Positions 1 to 8,760 of a stretch of DNA of 64,000 bases are shown one piece after another. Below the pieces are notes generated by a model. That model searched no databases. It saw nothing but the letters and a program-made list of their open reading frames with translations, and was not told where the DNA came from. Positions within the stretch are counted from its first letter, which is position 1. Each line of letters begins with the position of its first letter. A program made the position numbers and the translations under genes. Source of the stretch: an uncultured delta proteobacterium (GTDB lineage: Bacteria > Desulfobacterota > Desulfomonilia > Desulfomonilales > Desulfomonilaceae); assembly GCA_963789265.1 (NCBI GenBank), contig CAWBKB010000001.1:2144001-2208000 (forward strand), in the 5' to 3' direction.

Positions 1-5
1 GGATA

Positions 6-509
6 GTGATCCTCACGGTCACTTTTCTTTATTGGGGCTTCGTCGATACTGCCGCTGCCAAAGGCAAAGCGGCTCGGAATACGATTGGGATTGTATTCTT
101 TGCCGAACACGATTGTCCTCACTGCGAAAGTGTGGAGGACCTGTTGCAAGTGCTGAAGATCAAATATCCACTTCGGATTAAGAAATTCGACGTTGAGAAG
201 GAGGCTGATTACAAGCTTCTCAAGCGTATTGAATCAATTCACTCGGCCGAGAAATTGTCGGTGCCGGTTATTTTGGTGGGAGAATCCATAATCATGGGCG
301 AGGATGAAATTAACGCCAAGCTCGAGAAGACGGTACGCGCCTTGGCCCGCTCCGGAGGCTCGCCTTTCCCATACCTCGGGTCGACCCGAACCAGGCACCG
401 ACAACCGAAATCCGTCTCTTCGCGCCGTAAATGCGACCGAGGGGGCGGGCCTCCCCAGGTGACCGACGAGTTGAGTAATCTACGGAAATTTATAGAGAAC
501 CTATTTTAG
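6..509 (+). CDS. Thioredoxin/glutaredoxin-fold protein, probably exported; may begin upstream of the window
   Basis: CPHC motif after a hydrophobic strand (IVFFAEHDCPHC), cis-Pro-like SVPVILVG, hydrophobic N-terminus. Confidence 0.7.
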   Translation: MILTVTFLYWGFVDTAAAKGKAARNTIGIVFFAEHDCPHCESVEDLLQVLKIKYPLRIKKFDVEKEADYKLLKRIESIHSAEKLSVPVILVGESIIMGEDEINAKLEKTVRALARSGGSPFPYLGSTRTRHRQPKSVSSRRKCDRGGGPPQVTDELSNLRKFIENLF

Positions 510-899
510 GGAATTCCAGGCGCATCCTGTTCGGCCGCGCTCACTGCATGAGTGTAAAATCGCCTGCAATTCGCAAAACGCCGTTTTCAGTAGAAACACG
601 AGGTCTATTGTCCATCAGTGCAAGCCATTCGAACAATCATCATTTGTCTTATCGCTCTTTGCTTAGCCGGTTCCTGCGCCTGAATGAATTCCGTTTGCCG
701 GCGGGTGCCCGGTCAACAGACGCCCTCTCAAACATCGGCCGCGCCTGCGCCCTGTCCTCCTGGTTCGCTGTTTTGTCCACTGTTCAAGGGAAGTGAAAAA
801 TAGAGGCTTGGCACGTTCAGGTCTTCTTTCCGGCGAGAGTAGTGGACATATTAAAAAGGGAGCGGGAATTAGAATAGAAGTTTTCTCCTCACAAAGGGG

Positions 900-928
900 T
901 TGACTATATGAGGATATATGAATATTAT
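900..928 (+). promoter_or_regulatory. sigma70-type promoter for the hesB-fmdB genes
   Basis: TTGACT-17 nt-TATTAT. Confidence 0.55.
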
Positions 929-973
929 GCGTTCATACCGGTTGCCCGAGAAATTCTGTGTAAGAGGTGACGC

Positions 974-1264
974 ATGTTTACAATAGAGGACGAGGCTCGC
1001 AACTATTTCAAGTCGAAATTGGGCGAGAAGCAAGCTGTCCGTGTATACTTCGGCGGCTACGGTTGAGGAGGGCCCAGCATGGGCTTGGCTCTGGATGAGC
1101 CCCGTGATGGTGATTTGACTTATGAGGTTGACGATCTTACGGTTATCGTTGACCCCTTTGCCCTCAAAGTGATCAAAGAATCAGGCGGCATCAATATACG
1201 CTCGAGCGTCTTCGGACCAATGGCGGAGTTGGAGAGTTGCGCAGCCGGTGGCTGTAGCTGCTGA
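974..1264 (+). CDS. HesB/IscA-like selenoprotein (96 aa, Sec at codon 31)
   Basis: RBS GAGGTG, ATG 974, MFTIEDEARNYFKSKLGEKQAVRVYFGGYG-TGA(1064-1066)-GGPSMGLALDEP..., in frame with ORF 1079..1264; GUGGPxxGLALDE is the HesB-like selenoprotein signature. Confidence 0.85.
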
Positions 1265-1280
1265 TGTGAGGGGAGTCGAT

Positions 1281-1484
1281 ATGCCGATCTACGAATTCTC
1301 TTGTAATCGTTGCGGAAACCAGTTTGAGACGCTGGTTTTTCACTCCGGCGAAGAAGAAGTACGTTGCCCTGCCTGCGGTTCCAGTGAAACGAAGAAGATT
1401 TTGTCCGCATTTTCATGCTCGTCATCGAGCAAGAGTATTGGAGCTAGATGCAGCTCATCGTCTCCCGGACATTCGTGAGGTTAG
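1281..1484 (+). CDS. FmdB-family zinc-ribbon protein with probable C-terminal Sec (…GHS-U-G-stop)
   Basis: MPIYEFSCNRCG…RCPACGS; TGA 1476-1478 then GGT TAG, then a hairpin at 1486-1509. Without read-through the CDS ends at 1478. Confidence 0.75.
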
Positions 1485-1686
1485 CGACGGACCGCGGTGC
1501 GCGGTAGTCAAAAGTGGAATCGTTTAGCAATATAACATGAGCGCGAGGGCTCCGACAAAGTTTGGAGTTCTGATTCCCGAGTTCCGCCCGGTGTCCCGCA
1601 GCTCGCGGGCTCTGCCCGCAACTGCCTTTATTTCACTATCATAATCGAGGCAGAGCCTTTCGGGCAGGCATTCCCAGGCAGAGCCC

Positions 1687-1874
1687 CATAGGCGCTAACT
1701 TAACCCCGTGAAACGCGGAGTTCCCCCCTTTCGTAAAGGGGGGCCAGGGGGGATTTTGGGATAACTACTTGAAAATCCCCCTCAATCCCCCTTTAGAAAA
1801 GGGGGACTTTGATCTCCCTCGGCCTTCACGGACTTCCTGAAAAGGAACGAAATTGCCTTAAGTTAACGCCTATG
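1687..1874. mobile_element. MITE-like element, 17-bp TIRs, ~11-bp TSD
   Basis: TIRs CATAGGCGCTAACTTAA / TTAAGTTAACGCCTATG; flanks AGGCAGAGCCC / AGGCAAAGCCC; internal CCCCCTTT…AAAGGGGG palindromes. Confidence 0.75.
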
Positions 1875-2048
1875 AGGCAAAGCCCGAGAACGAGAAAAAT
1901 GGTTTCCCTGCCTGTCGTTTCCACGTGTGCGGAATGACTGGCGGGTAAAAAACTTGAATGATCATTCAGACTCGGGTTGGCCTGATCATAAGCCCCGGAA
2001 AGAAGGGAAGATTCGTCCGTCGTTCCACCTTCTGTAACTTTACCTACA

Positions 2049-3323
2049 TCAATCCCACTTGCGAACGTCTACGATCATCTTCTGATCGTCCGGCAGCTTT
2101 CCGGGATCAACAATTCTGACAACGCCCTTCAGCTTGAAAACTTCTCGAATTGTCTGCTCTATTGCAGGAACAAGTCCCTCTCGCGGCGGCTGCTTGAGCT
2201 CGACCTCGAGTGTCATAACGTCCAAATCCTGCGGCCGCTCAACCAAGAGCCTGGCTCGTGCAATTTCCGGGTGGGTGTCGACGACTTTCTGGACCTGTGA
2301 AGGATGCACGAACATCCCCTTCACCTTGGTGAGCTGATCGGCGCGGCCCATGATGCGGGTCAGGCGCGGGCCGGTCCGCCCGCACGGGCACGGGTCATCC
2401 ACGAGGCTTGAAAGGTCACCCGTCCCAAATCGCACCAGAGGGTAGATCCTGTTGTTGCAGGTCACCACAACTTCGCCTGCCTCTCCATCCGGGACGACTT
2501 GCCCTGTGTTCGGATCGCAGATCTCCACTATCACATCGTGATGGATGTGCATGCCGTTTACCTGAGGGCACTCGTACGATACACATCCCACGTCTGCGGT
2601 GCCGTAAGCCTGCCGCCCAATCAGATGGTAATCGTCCACCAACCTCTTCCGTAGCGATCCCGGCAACATTTCCGCCAAGAGGAATCCGATTTCCAGGCTG
2701 AATTCCTCTGCCACTCGGATGCCCATCTCTTCAGCCTTTTTAAAAATAGCCATAAGAAAGCTCGGCGTACCGATGTAACCGTTCACTCCGAGGTCCTTCA
2801 TAATTCCGACCTGTGCTTCTGTATTCCCGACACCGGTGGGGATGATTGTGGCACCGAGTTCCGACACCCCTTCTTCAAACATGTGTCCCGCGGGAGTCAG
2901 GTGGTACGCGAAGGTGTTGACCACCAGATCTCCGGGTCTGAACCCAGCGGCGTATAAAGCGCTTTTCCAACGCCAGTAATCGGGAACCTTTCCCACTGGA
3001 TCGTAAATGGGCCCGGGCGATTGATGTATCCTGACTAAATTGGAAGCGGAAACAGTTAGGAATCCTCCAAACGGTGGTTTCGCCTTCTGCGCACTCGAAA
3101 GATCCCTCTTTCTGGTGATGGGGATTTTCTGCAGATCATCGATGGTTCTCATATCCGAGGGGTTGACCCCCTCGGCGTCCATGGCAGTTTTCAGAGGCGT
3201 TCCCGCAGCGTAAGCGTGGGCAATCACTTGCTGGAGAAACTCTACTTGATAAGAGCGTCTCTCGTCCGCAGAAAACTTCTCCTGCGGATTTAGTATCCCG
3301 GAATTCCTATCTACTTGGCGCAT
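2049..3323 (-). CDS. Phenylacetate-CoA ligase family protein (PaaK-like)
   Basis: AYGTADVG, YPLVRFGTGD and GRADQLTKVKG motifs; AAGGAGG RBS before ATG 3323. Confidence 0.85.
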   Translation of the reverse strand: MRQVDRNSGILNPQEKFSADERRSYQVEFLQQVIAHAYAAGTPLKTAMDAEGVNPSDMRTIDDLQKIPITRKRDLSSAQKAKPPFGGFLTVSASNLVRIHQSPGPIYDPVGKVPDYWRWKSALYAAGFRPGDLVVNTFAYHLTPAGHMFEEGVSELGATIIPTGVGNTEAQVGIMKDLGVNGYIGTPSFLMAIFKKAEEMGIRVAEEFSLEIGFLLAEMLPGSLRKRLVDDYHLIGRQAYGTADVGCVSYECPQVNGMHIHHDVIVEICDPNTGQVVPDGEAGEVVVTCNNRIYPLVRFGTGDLSSLVDDPCPCGRTGPRLTRIMGRADQLTKVKGMFVHPSQVQKVVDTHPEIARARLLVERPQDLDVMTLEVELKQPPREGLVPAIEQTIREVFKLKGVVRIVDPGKLPDDQKMIVDVRKWD

Positions 3324-3406
3324 GCCGTCCTCCTTGGATTCGTTGGAGACTGCGATAAAGATTTCTTGAGCAGAGAAACACGCACACTTGCATGGAGCCA
3401 CAGATT

Positions 3407-3484
3407 GTCATTGCGAGCGGAGCGAAGCAATCTTCTTCACTGACAGAGCTCAGATTGCTTCGTCGCTTCACTCCTCGCAATGAC
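3407..3484. repeat. REP-like palindrome GTCATTGCGA…TCGCAATGAC, copy 1 of 4
   Basis: Similar cassettes at ~12913-12988, ~39050-39128 and ~47900-48047. Confidence 0.8.
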
Positions 3485-3527
3485 AAAGGACCTGCGATTC
3501 TCAGCGTAAGTAAACGCTTAACCTTAA

Positions 3528-3668
<141 letters not shown>

Positions 3669-3769
3669 TGAGGCAGACAGGGCGCGCCGTGCCCGAAGGG
3701 GCTCGAAATCAGCGGCGGTCATGGGCCGCCCTACCCGCTCTAAATAAAAAGGTTAAATCGCACCTTACT

Positions 3770-5398
3770 TCAAAAAATGCTCGGCTCCCTGAATTCTCCG
3801 AAGACCTGTCTGAAAACGTCCGCCATTTCGCCAACCGTGCAATAGGCTTCGCAACAGTCAACGAGCGCGGGCATTACGTTCTCCTTTCCTCGTGCAACAC
3901 TCTCGAGTGCCTTCAGCGTCCGTGAAACCTCCGAGCTGCTGCGTTCCGACTTCATGCGCTTAAGGCTGTCGATCTGCTTCAATTGGGTTTGCGGGTCGTA
4001 TTCATGGAGTTCCACGTCCGGCTCGGCTTCATCAACGTATTTGTTCACCCCGATCTTTATGTACTCCCCTGTCTTGATCCCCCGTTCCCAATCGTACGCC
4101 TGTTGCGAGACCAGTTTCTGCACGAATCCGCTCGATACCGCTTCTATCATCCCGCCGACATCCTGAATTTTCCTCCGCTCCTGTTCTATTTTGTCTTCCA
4201 TCTGTTTGGTGAGGGTCTCGACAAAATAGGAGCCGGCCAGAGGATCTACGGTGTCGCGCAGCCCGATTTCATCCATGAGCAATTCGCAGGTTCGTAGCGA
4301 CAAGAGCGCGGCCCTCGGGGTGGGAATCGTGAAAGCCTCGTCAAAAGAGCAGAGAGCCGTGGTCTGAGCTCCTGCCAGAGCGGCCGCGAGCGCATAATAC
4401 GAACTGCGTATGATGTTGTTTTCCGGCTGAGCTTTGGTCAGTCCGAATCCGCCTCCGCCGAAAAGTCCTCTCAGATGCATGGATTGCGGCCTTTTCGCGC
4501 CGTATTTCTCCTTTAGGTTCTTGGCCCATAGCTTGCGCGCAGCTCTGAACTTCGCCACCTGCTCCCAGATGTTGCCGAATATGTTGAAATTAAAGGTGAT
4601 TCCTCGTGCCACGTCGTCCACGGAGAGGCCGCGAGACAGCGCTTCATCGATATAGGTGTCGGCTATCTCTAAGGCAAATCCGATCTCCTGGGCTGGATTG
4701 GCTCCGGATTCTCGAATATGATAACCGCAAACCGAGACCGGATTGCACCGCGGAAGAGTGGTAATGGAATACTCTATAGTGTCACCAATGAGACGCACCG
4801 CGTCTTCAACCGGGTAGATCCAAGCGCCGCGGCCTATCATTTCCTTAAGGATGTCATTTTGGGGGGTTGCACTGATGCGGGTGACATCGAATCCTCGTTT
4901 CTCGGCCATTGCTTGATACATTGCCAGCATGACGCAAGCGACCGCGTTTATTGTCAACCCGGATCCGATTGTGTCCAGTTGAATGTCCGCGAAGGCGACT
5001 TCGAAGTCTCGCAGGGTGTCCACAGCCATACCTACCCGCCCAACTTCGCCGTCTACTATGGGATTGTCCGAGTCGTATCCCATCTGGGTGGGCAGATCAA
5101 AGGCCACATTAAGTCCGGTCTGGCCGTGCGAAATCAGGAGCTTGAACCGCTCGTTCGTCTCGCTGGGGGTGCCGAATCCTGAATATTGGCGGGTTGTCCA
5201 AGCGCGAGAGCGGTAACCTTCAGGGTGAATTCCTCTGGTAAAAGGGTATTCCCCGGGGTCCGCAAGATCTTGATCGTAATCGAAGCCAATCTCTTCGAGA
5301 TCTTCCGGGCAATATTTGGTTTTCACTTTGATCCCCGACTGGAGGATCACGTCTTCAATGCCATCCTTGTTATTCTTTATGTATTTGGCTACACCCAT
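3770..5398 (-). CDS. B12-dependent acyl-CoA mutase, large (substrate-binding) subunit; methylmalonyl-CoA mutase family
   Basis: PGEYPFTRG, RQYSGFG, AFDLPTQMGYDSD, QNDILKE, GYHIRE, SFDEA, DPLAGSY; no B12-binding domain. Confidence 0.9.
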   Translation of the reverse strand: MGVAKYIKNNKDGIEDVILQSGIKVKTKYCPEDLEEIGFDYDQDLADPGEYPFTRGIHPEGYRSRAWTTRQYSGFGTPSETNERFKLLISHGQTGLNVAFDLPTQMGYDSDNPIVDGEVGRVGMAVDTLRDFEVAFADIQLDTIGSGLTINAVACVMLAMYQAMAEKRGFDVTRISATPQNDILKEMIGRGAWIYPVEDAVRLIGDTIEYSITTLPRCNPVSVCGYHIRESGANPAQEIGFALEIADTYIDEALSRGLSVDDVARGITFNFNIFGNIWEQVAKFRAARKLWAKNLKEKYGAKRPQSMHLRGLFGGGGFGLTKAQPENNIIRSSYYALAAALAGAQTTALCSFDEAFTIPTPRAALLSLRTCELLMDEIGLRDTVDPLAGSYFVETLTKQMEDKIEQERRKIQDVGGMIEAVSSGFVQKLVSQQAYDWERGIKTGEYIKIGVNKYVDEAEPDVELHEYDPQTQLKQIDSLKRMKSERSSSEVSRTLKALESVARGKENVMPALVDCCEAYCTVGEMADVFRQVFGEFREPSIF

Positions 5399-5594
5399 GA
5401 TTGCCTTCCTGTGTGGGAAATGTGCTCGCTGGATCCCTGAGCGCTGCGTTTCACAAACATAGCGTCGTTTGCAGAGTAGGACCGGCATCTTGCCGGTTAG
5501 CAGCAAGAGCGATTGATCGGCAAGATACCCGCCTTATTGCGGGCTGCCGCAACGTGGTAGAGTCGCCAATCTTCAAGTTCTCTCTAGACCCGTG

Positions 5595-5653
5595 GTAGGG
5601 CGGGCCATGCCCGCCCGCGCCCGACATTAGCCGCGGCCACGGGCCGCCCTACC
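5595..5653. repeat. REP-like GTAG palindrome pair
   Basis: GTAGGGCGGGCCATGCCCGCC…GGCCGCCCTAC; a related copy lies at ~3678-3735. Confidence 0.6.
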
Positions 5654-5686
5654 TGCTCCAGATCCGGCGCCAAAGTAACCGAGAGC

Positions 5687-6883
5687 CTAAATGACGCCGT
5701 CGGCCCTCATAGCAGCCAGTTCATTTGCACTCATGCCCAACTCAGTTCCATAAACGGCTTCATTGTGCTCGCCGAAGCGAGGGGGAAATGTGAGCGTCCG
5801 ATGATTCGCCTCAAGGAACGGTCCGGACACAGGTGGAGGGGCCAGAGTGAGTTCGAAGCCGGACTTTTCATCTCTGGCCTTTATCAACTTGCCGCAAACC
5901 AGAGGGTCCCGGGCCACATCCGTTACTGTGTTGATTTTGGAGGCAGCGACGCCGATACTGTTCATCAATCCCAAAAGGGTGTTTGTGTTCATTTTGCAGG
6001 TGGTTTCAGAGATCATCTTGTTTATTTTGTCCACATCAGCGATTCGGCCCGCATTCTTCCTGTACGAATCCTTGGCAAGCGACGAGAACTCGGGCAGGGA
6101 CGAGAACGCCTGGAACTGTTTGTCATTACCTACCGCAATATAGACATAGCCGTCGGAAGTGGGATACACCGACACAGGAGCAAAGAATTCGTGGGTGTTC
6201 CCTCGTCGGGAGATCTTTTTGCCAAACGAACAGGTCATAGTGATAGGCACCGTCAGCCAAGAAGGTAGGTACTTTCGAACATGGAGATGTCGACTCGACT
6301 TCCTTTGCCTGTCATGGCTTTGACGAAAAGCGCCTTCATGATAAGGCCGTAGGCATGCTCGCTCGTTCCCATGTCGGGCAGCGGGATTCCAACCACCTGC
6401 GGAGTGCCTCCGGCCTCGCCCGTCAACTCCATGAGTCCGCCACGGGCTTGAAGGATCGGATCGGTACGCGACCTCATTGCTATCAGGACCGAACCCCGTG
6501 ATTCCGAGCCAGATCAGGTCTTCCTTGACCGACCTCAACGTTTCGTAGTCTATGCCCAGTTTGGTGTAATTCCTCGGGAGTTGATTCGTGGCAAAGATGT
6601 CGACTTTCAATTCGCGTATAAGCCGTGCCAATATCTCCTTGCCTCTGGGTTCGGCCAAATTAAGGGTGATGGCTTCCTTTCCCGCGTTTATGGCCATAAA
6701 ATAACTATTCATCCGCTCCTCTCCATCAAGGAACGGCTCCCCGACGAGCCTGTTAGGGTCGCCATAGATAGGGTGCTCAACCCGGATTACGCGGCAACCA
6801 TCTATTGCCAGCCGGTAGGTGAGATAAGGTAGGACTGTGGCTTGTTCCAGGGATAGCATCCTGATGTTCCCGAAGAGATCCAT
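5687..6883 (-). CDS. Class III CoA-transferase (CaiB/BaiF), two compensating frameshifts (~6463 and ~6268)
   Basis: VIRVEHP…NAGKEAITLNL, ITGFG; the AYDPILQARGGLMELTG…GIPLPDMG segment is in another frame (ORF 6253..6477); C-terminal PPRFGEHN. Confidence 0.85.
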   Translation of the reverse strand: MDLFGNIRMLSLEQATVLPYLTYRLAIDGCRVIRVEHPIYGDPNRLVGEPFLDGEERMNSYFMAINAGKEAITLNLAEPRGKEILARLIRELKVDIFATNQLPRNYTKLGIDYETLRSVKEDLIWLGITGFGPDSNEVAYRSDPSSPWRTHGVDGRGRRHSAGGWNPAARHGNERACLRPYHEGAFRQSHDRQRKSSRHLHVRKYLPSWLTVPITMTCSFGKKISRRGNTHEFFAPVSVYPTSDGYVYIAVGNDKQFQAFSSLPEFSSLAKDSYRKNAGRIADVDKINKMISETTCKMNTNTLLGLMNSIGVAASKINTVTDVARDPLVCGKLIKARDEKSGFELTLAPPPVSGPFLEANHRTLTFPPRFGEHNEAVYGTELGMSANELAAMRADGVI

Positions 6884-6915
6884 CTGCCTGCTCTCCTTCC
6901 GTTGGGACAATGATG

Positions 6916-6944
6916 TTGACAGTGATTTTCCGAGTGCCTATGAT
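6916..6944 (+). promoter_or_regulatory. sigma70 promoter for the hcrBCA-like operon
   Basis: TTGACA-17 nt-TATGAT. Confidence 0.65.
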
Positions 6945-7106
6945 GGGTTGGCTGAAAGGACAGCAATCCTTTGTAACCAGTTAATCCGATAAGAACAGTC
7001 GTGTCAAGCTCATTGCAGAGTCTCGAACAACTTCCGTGAGAACGCTTTACGTGCCGTCAGTTACCGATCCCATGCCCTCTTGAAACCGGACATTCGAGGA
7101 GCACCA

Positions 7107-8130
7107 ATGCGCCTGCCTTCTTTCGCCTACCATGCGCCGCACAGCCTGGATCAAGCATTGAAAATCAAGGGGGAACTTGGCACGCAGGCCGCGTTTCTTG
7201 CCGGCGGCACCGATCTTATAGTGAATCTTAAACATCGGCTTTCTTCCCCCTCAGCCCTCGTCAGTTTACGGAATATCAAAGAGATCAAAGGGATCGAAGT
7301 CAAACCCGATGCCGTGATCGTAAAGGCGGCAACCTCCCTGATAGAGATAAAAAGCAATGAGGCTGTTCGCACTCACTTCCCTATCCTCGTGAAGGCCGTA
7401 GAATCCATAGGTGCGCTGGGGATCCAGGGTTTTCGAGGCACGATAGGGGGAAATCTTTGTCTGCAACCTCGCTGTATCCTCTATAACCAGTCGCTCTTCT
7501 GGCGGACCGGCAAAACAAAATGCCACCGAACAGGAGGCAAAGAGTGTCTTGCCCTTCAGGGCTCCGAATCGTGCAACTCCATCTGCTCGGGCGACACTGT
7601 CCCGGTGCTGGCGGCCTTGTCCGCGCAACTTTCTATCGCAGGGAGCGGCGGCCAAAGGACGGACCCGGTGGCGGATTTCTTCACGAACAAGGGAGAAAGT
7701 CCTTTTAATCTTGCTCCGGATGAGATTGTAACCGCGATACGAATACCCATCCCGTGGGCGCCGATGTCCTGGTCCTATCAGCGTCTTAGTCTCAGGTCCG
7801 CAGTTGATTTTCCTCTCGTCAACGCGGCCGCAGCGGCGATAATTGACAAGGGAAGAGTTGAAAGCTTCCGGCTAGTACTTTCCGCTCTAGGCCCGGGACC
7901 TCTGGGTACTCAAAGAAGCTGAAGCCATTGTGAGAGGGAGAAAACCGGATAACGCAATGGTCCATGAAGCAGGCGAGATCGCTCGGCGAACCGCAGAAGG
8001 CGTGGTTGTTGAGAATGCTGTAACTTCCAAAGCCTACAGAGTCAAGATGGCCGCGGTTATGGCTAGGCGGGCCGTAGAAGAGGCGCTAGCTCTTGGTTCA
8101 TCTCAGTCCGCGGTAATTGAGGGTCAATAA
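7107..8130 (+). CDS. hcrB: 4-hydroxybenzoyl-CoA reductase beta-like FAD/[4Fe-4S] subunit (extra G at ~7905)
   Basis: AGGTDL, GTIGGNL and the Cys-rich insert CLQPRC…C…C…C typical of HcrB; removing one G gives …GPLVLKEAEAIVRG… and joins ORF 7930..8130. Confidence 0.75.
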
Positions 8131-8621
8131 TGAAGAAACAGCTCGTTACTATGACCGTCAACGGCAATGAAATCGAGATTGCCGTGACCCCCAACAGCAC
8201 GCTGCTGGAAGTTCTTCGCGACGAGCTTGGCTTCACGGGCGTCAAGGAAGGTTGTTCCGAAGGCGTGTGCGGAGCGTGTACCGTTCTCCTGGACGGAGCG
8301 CCGGTAAGGTCGTGCCTCACACTGGCCCTTGAAGCCGAAGGCACGTCCATCACCACTATTGAGGGACTCGCTTCTGATGGGAGGCTCCACCCTGTTCAGC
8401 AGGCATTCATAGATCACGGGGCTGTCCAGTGCGGATTCTGCACTCCGGGTATGATACTCTCGTCCAAAGCGTTGCTGGATAGGAGCCCTCATCCCACGGA
8501 TGAAGAGATCAAGACTGCTCTGGCCGGCAATTTTTGCCGATGCACGGGGTACAAAAAGACTCTTGAGGCAGTTCGGTCCGTGGCGAGACAAAATACCACA
8601 GAGACGGGCGAGAAAGGTTAA
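8130..8621 (+). CDS. hcrC: Xanthine oxidase-family 2x[2Fe-2S] subunit (HcrC-like)
   Basis: GCSEGVCGAC, QCGFCTPG and CRCTGY motifs. Confidence 0.9.
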   Translation: MKKQLVTMTVNGNEIEIAVTPNSTLLEVLRDELGFTGVKEGCSEGVCGACTVLLDGAPVRSCLTLALEAEGTSITTIEGLASDGRLHPVQQAFIDHGAVQCGFCTPGMILSSKALLDRSPHPTDEEIKTALAGNFCRCTGYKKTLEAVRSVARQNTTETGEKG

Positions 8622-8760
8622 CCAACACAGTGTCAGTAGGACCGTCCCGCGCGGAACGGTCCTACTGTGGCAATGGAGCCACGTCGATCACCAGGAAAAT
8701 GCCGCCGAGTTTGAAAAGTGAATTACTTGGTCCCATCTGAACCAGTCGGAGGCGAAGACA

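Noticed and set aside
548..796. 82-aa ORF
   Set aside because: No convincing RBS, motif or protein-like composition
1262..1264. Second Sec at the HesB stop codon
   Set aside because: CSC is a natural C-terminus, read-through would run into the next gene, and no clear SECIS hairpin follows
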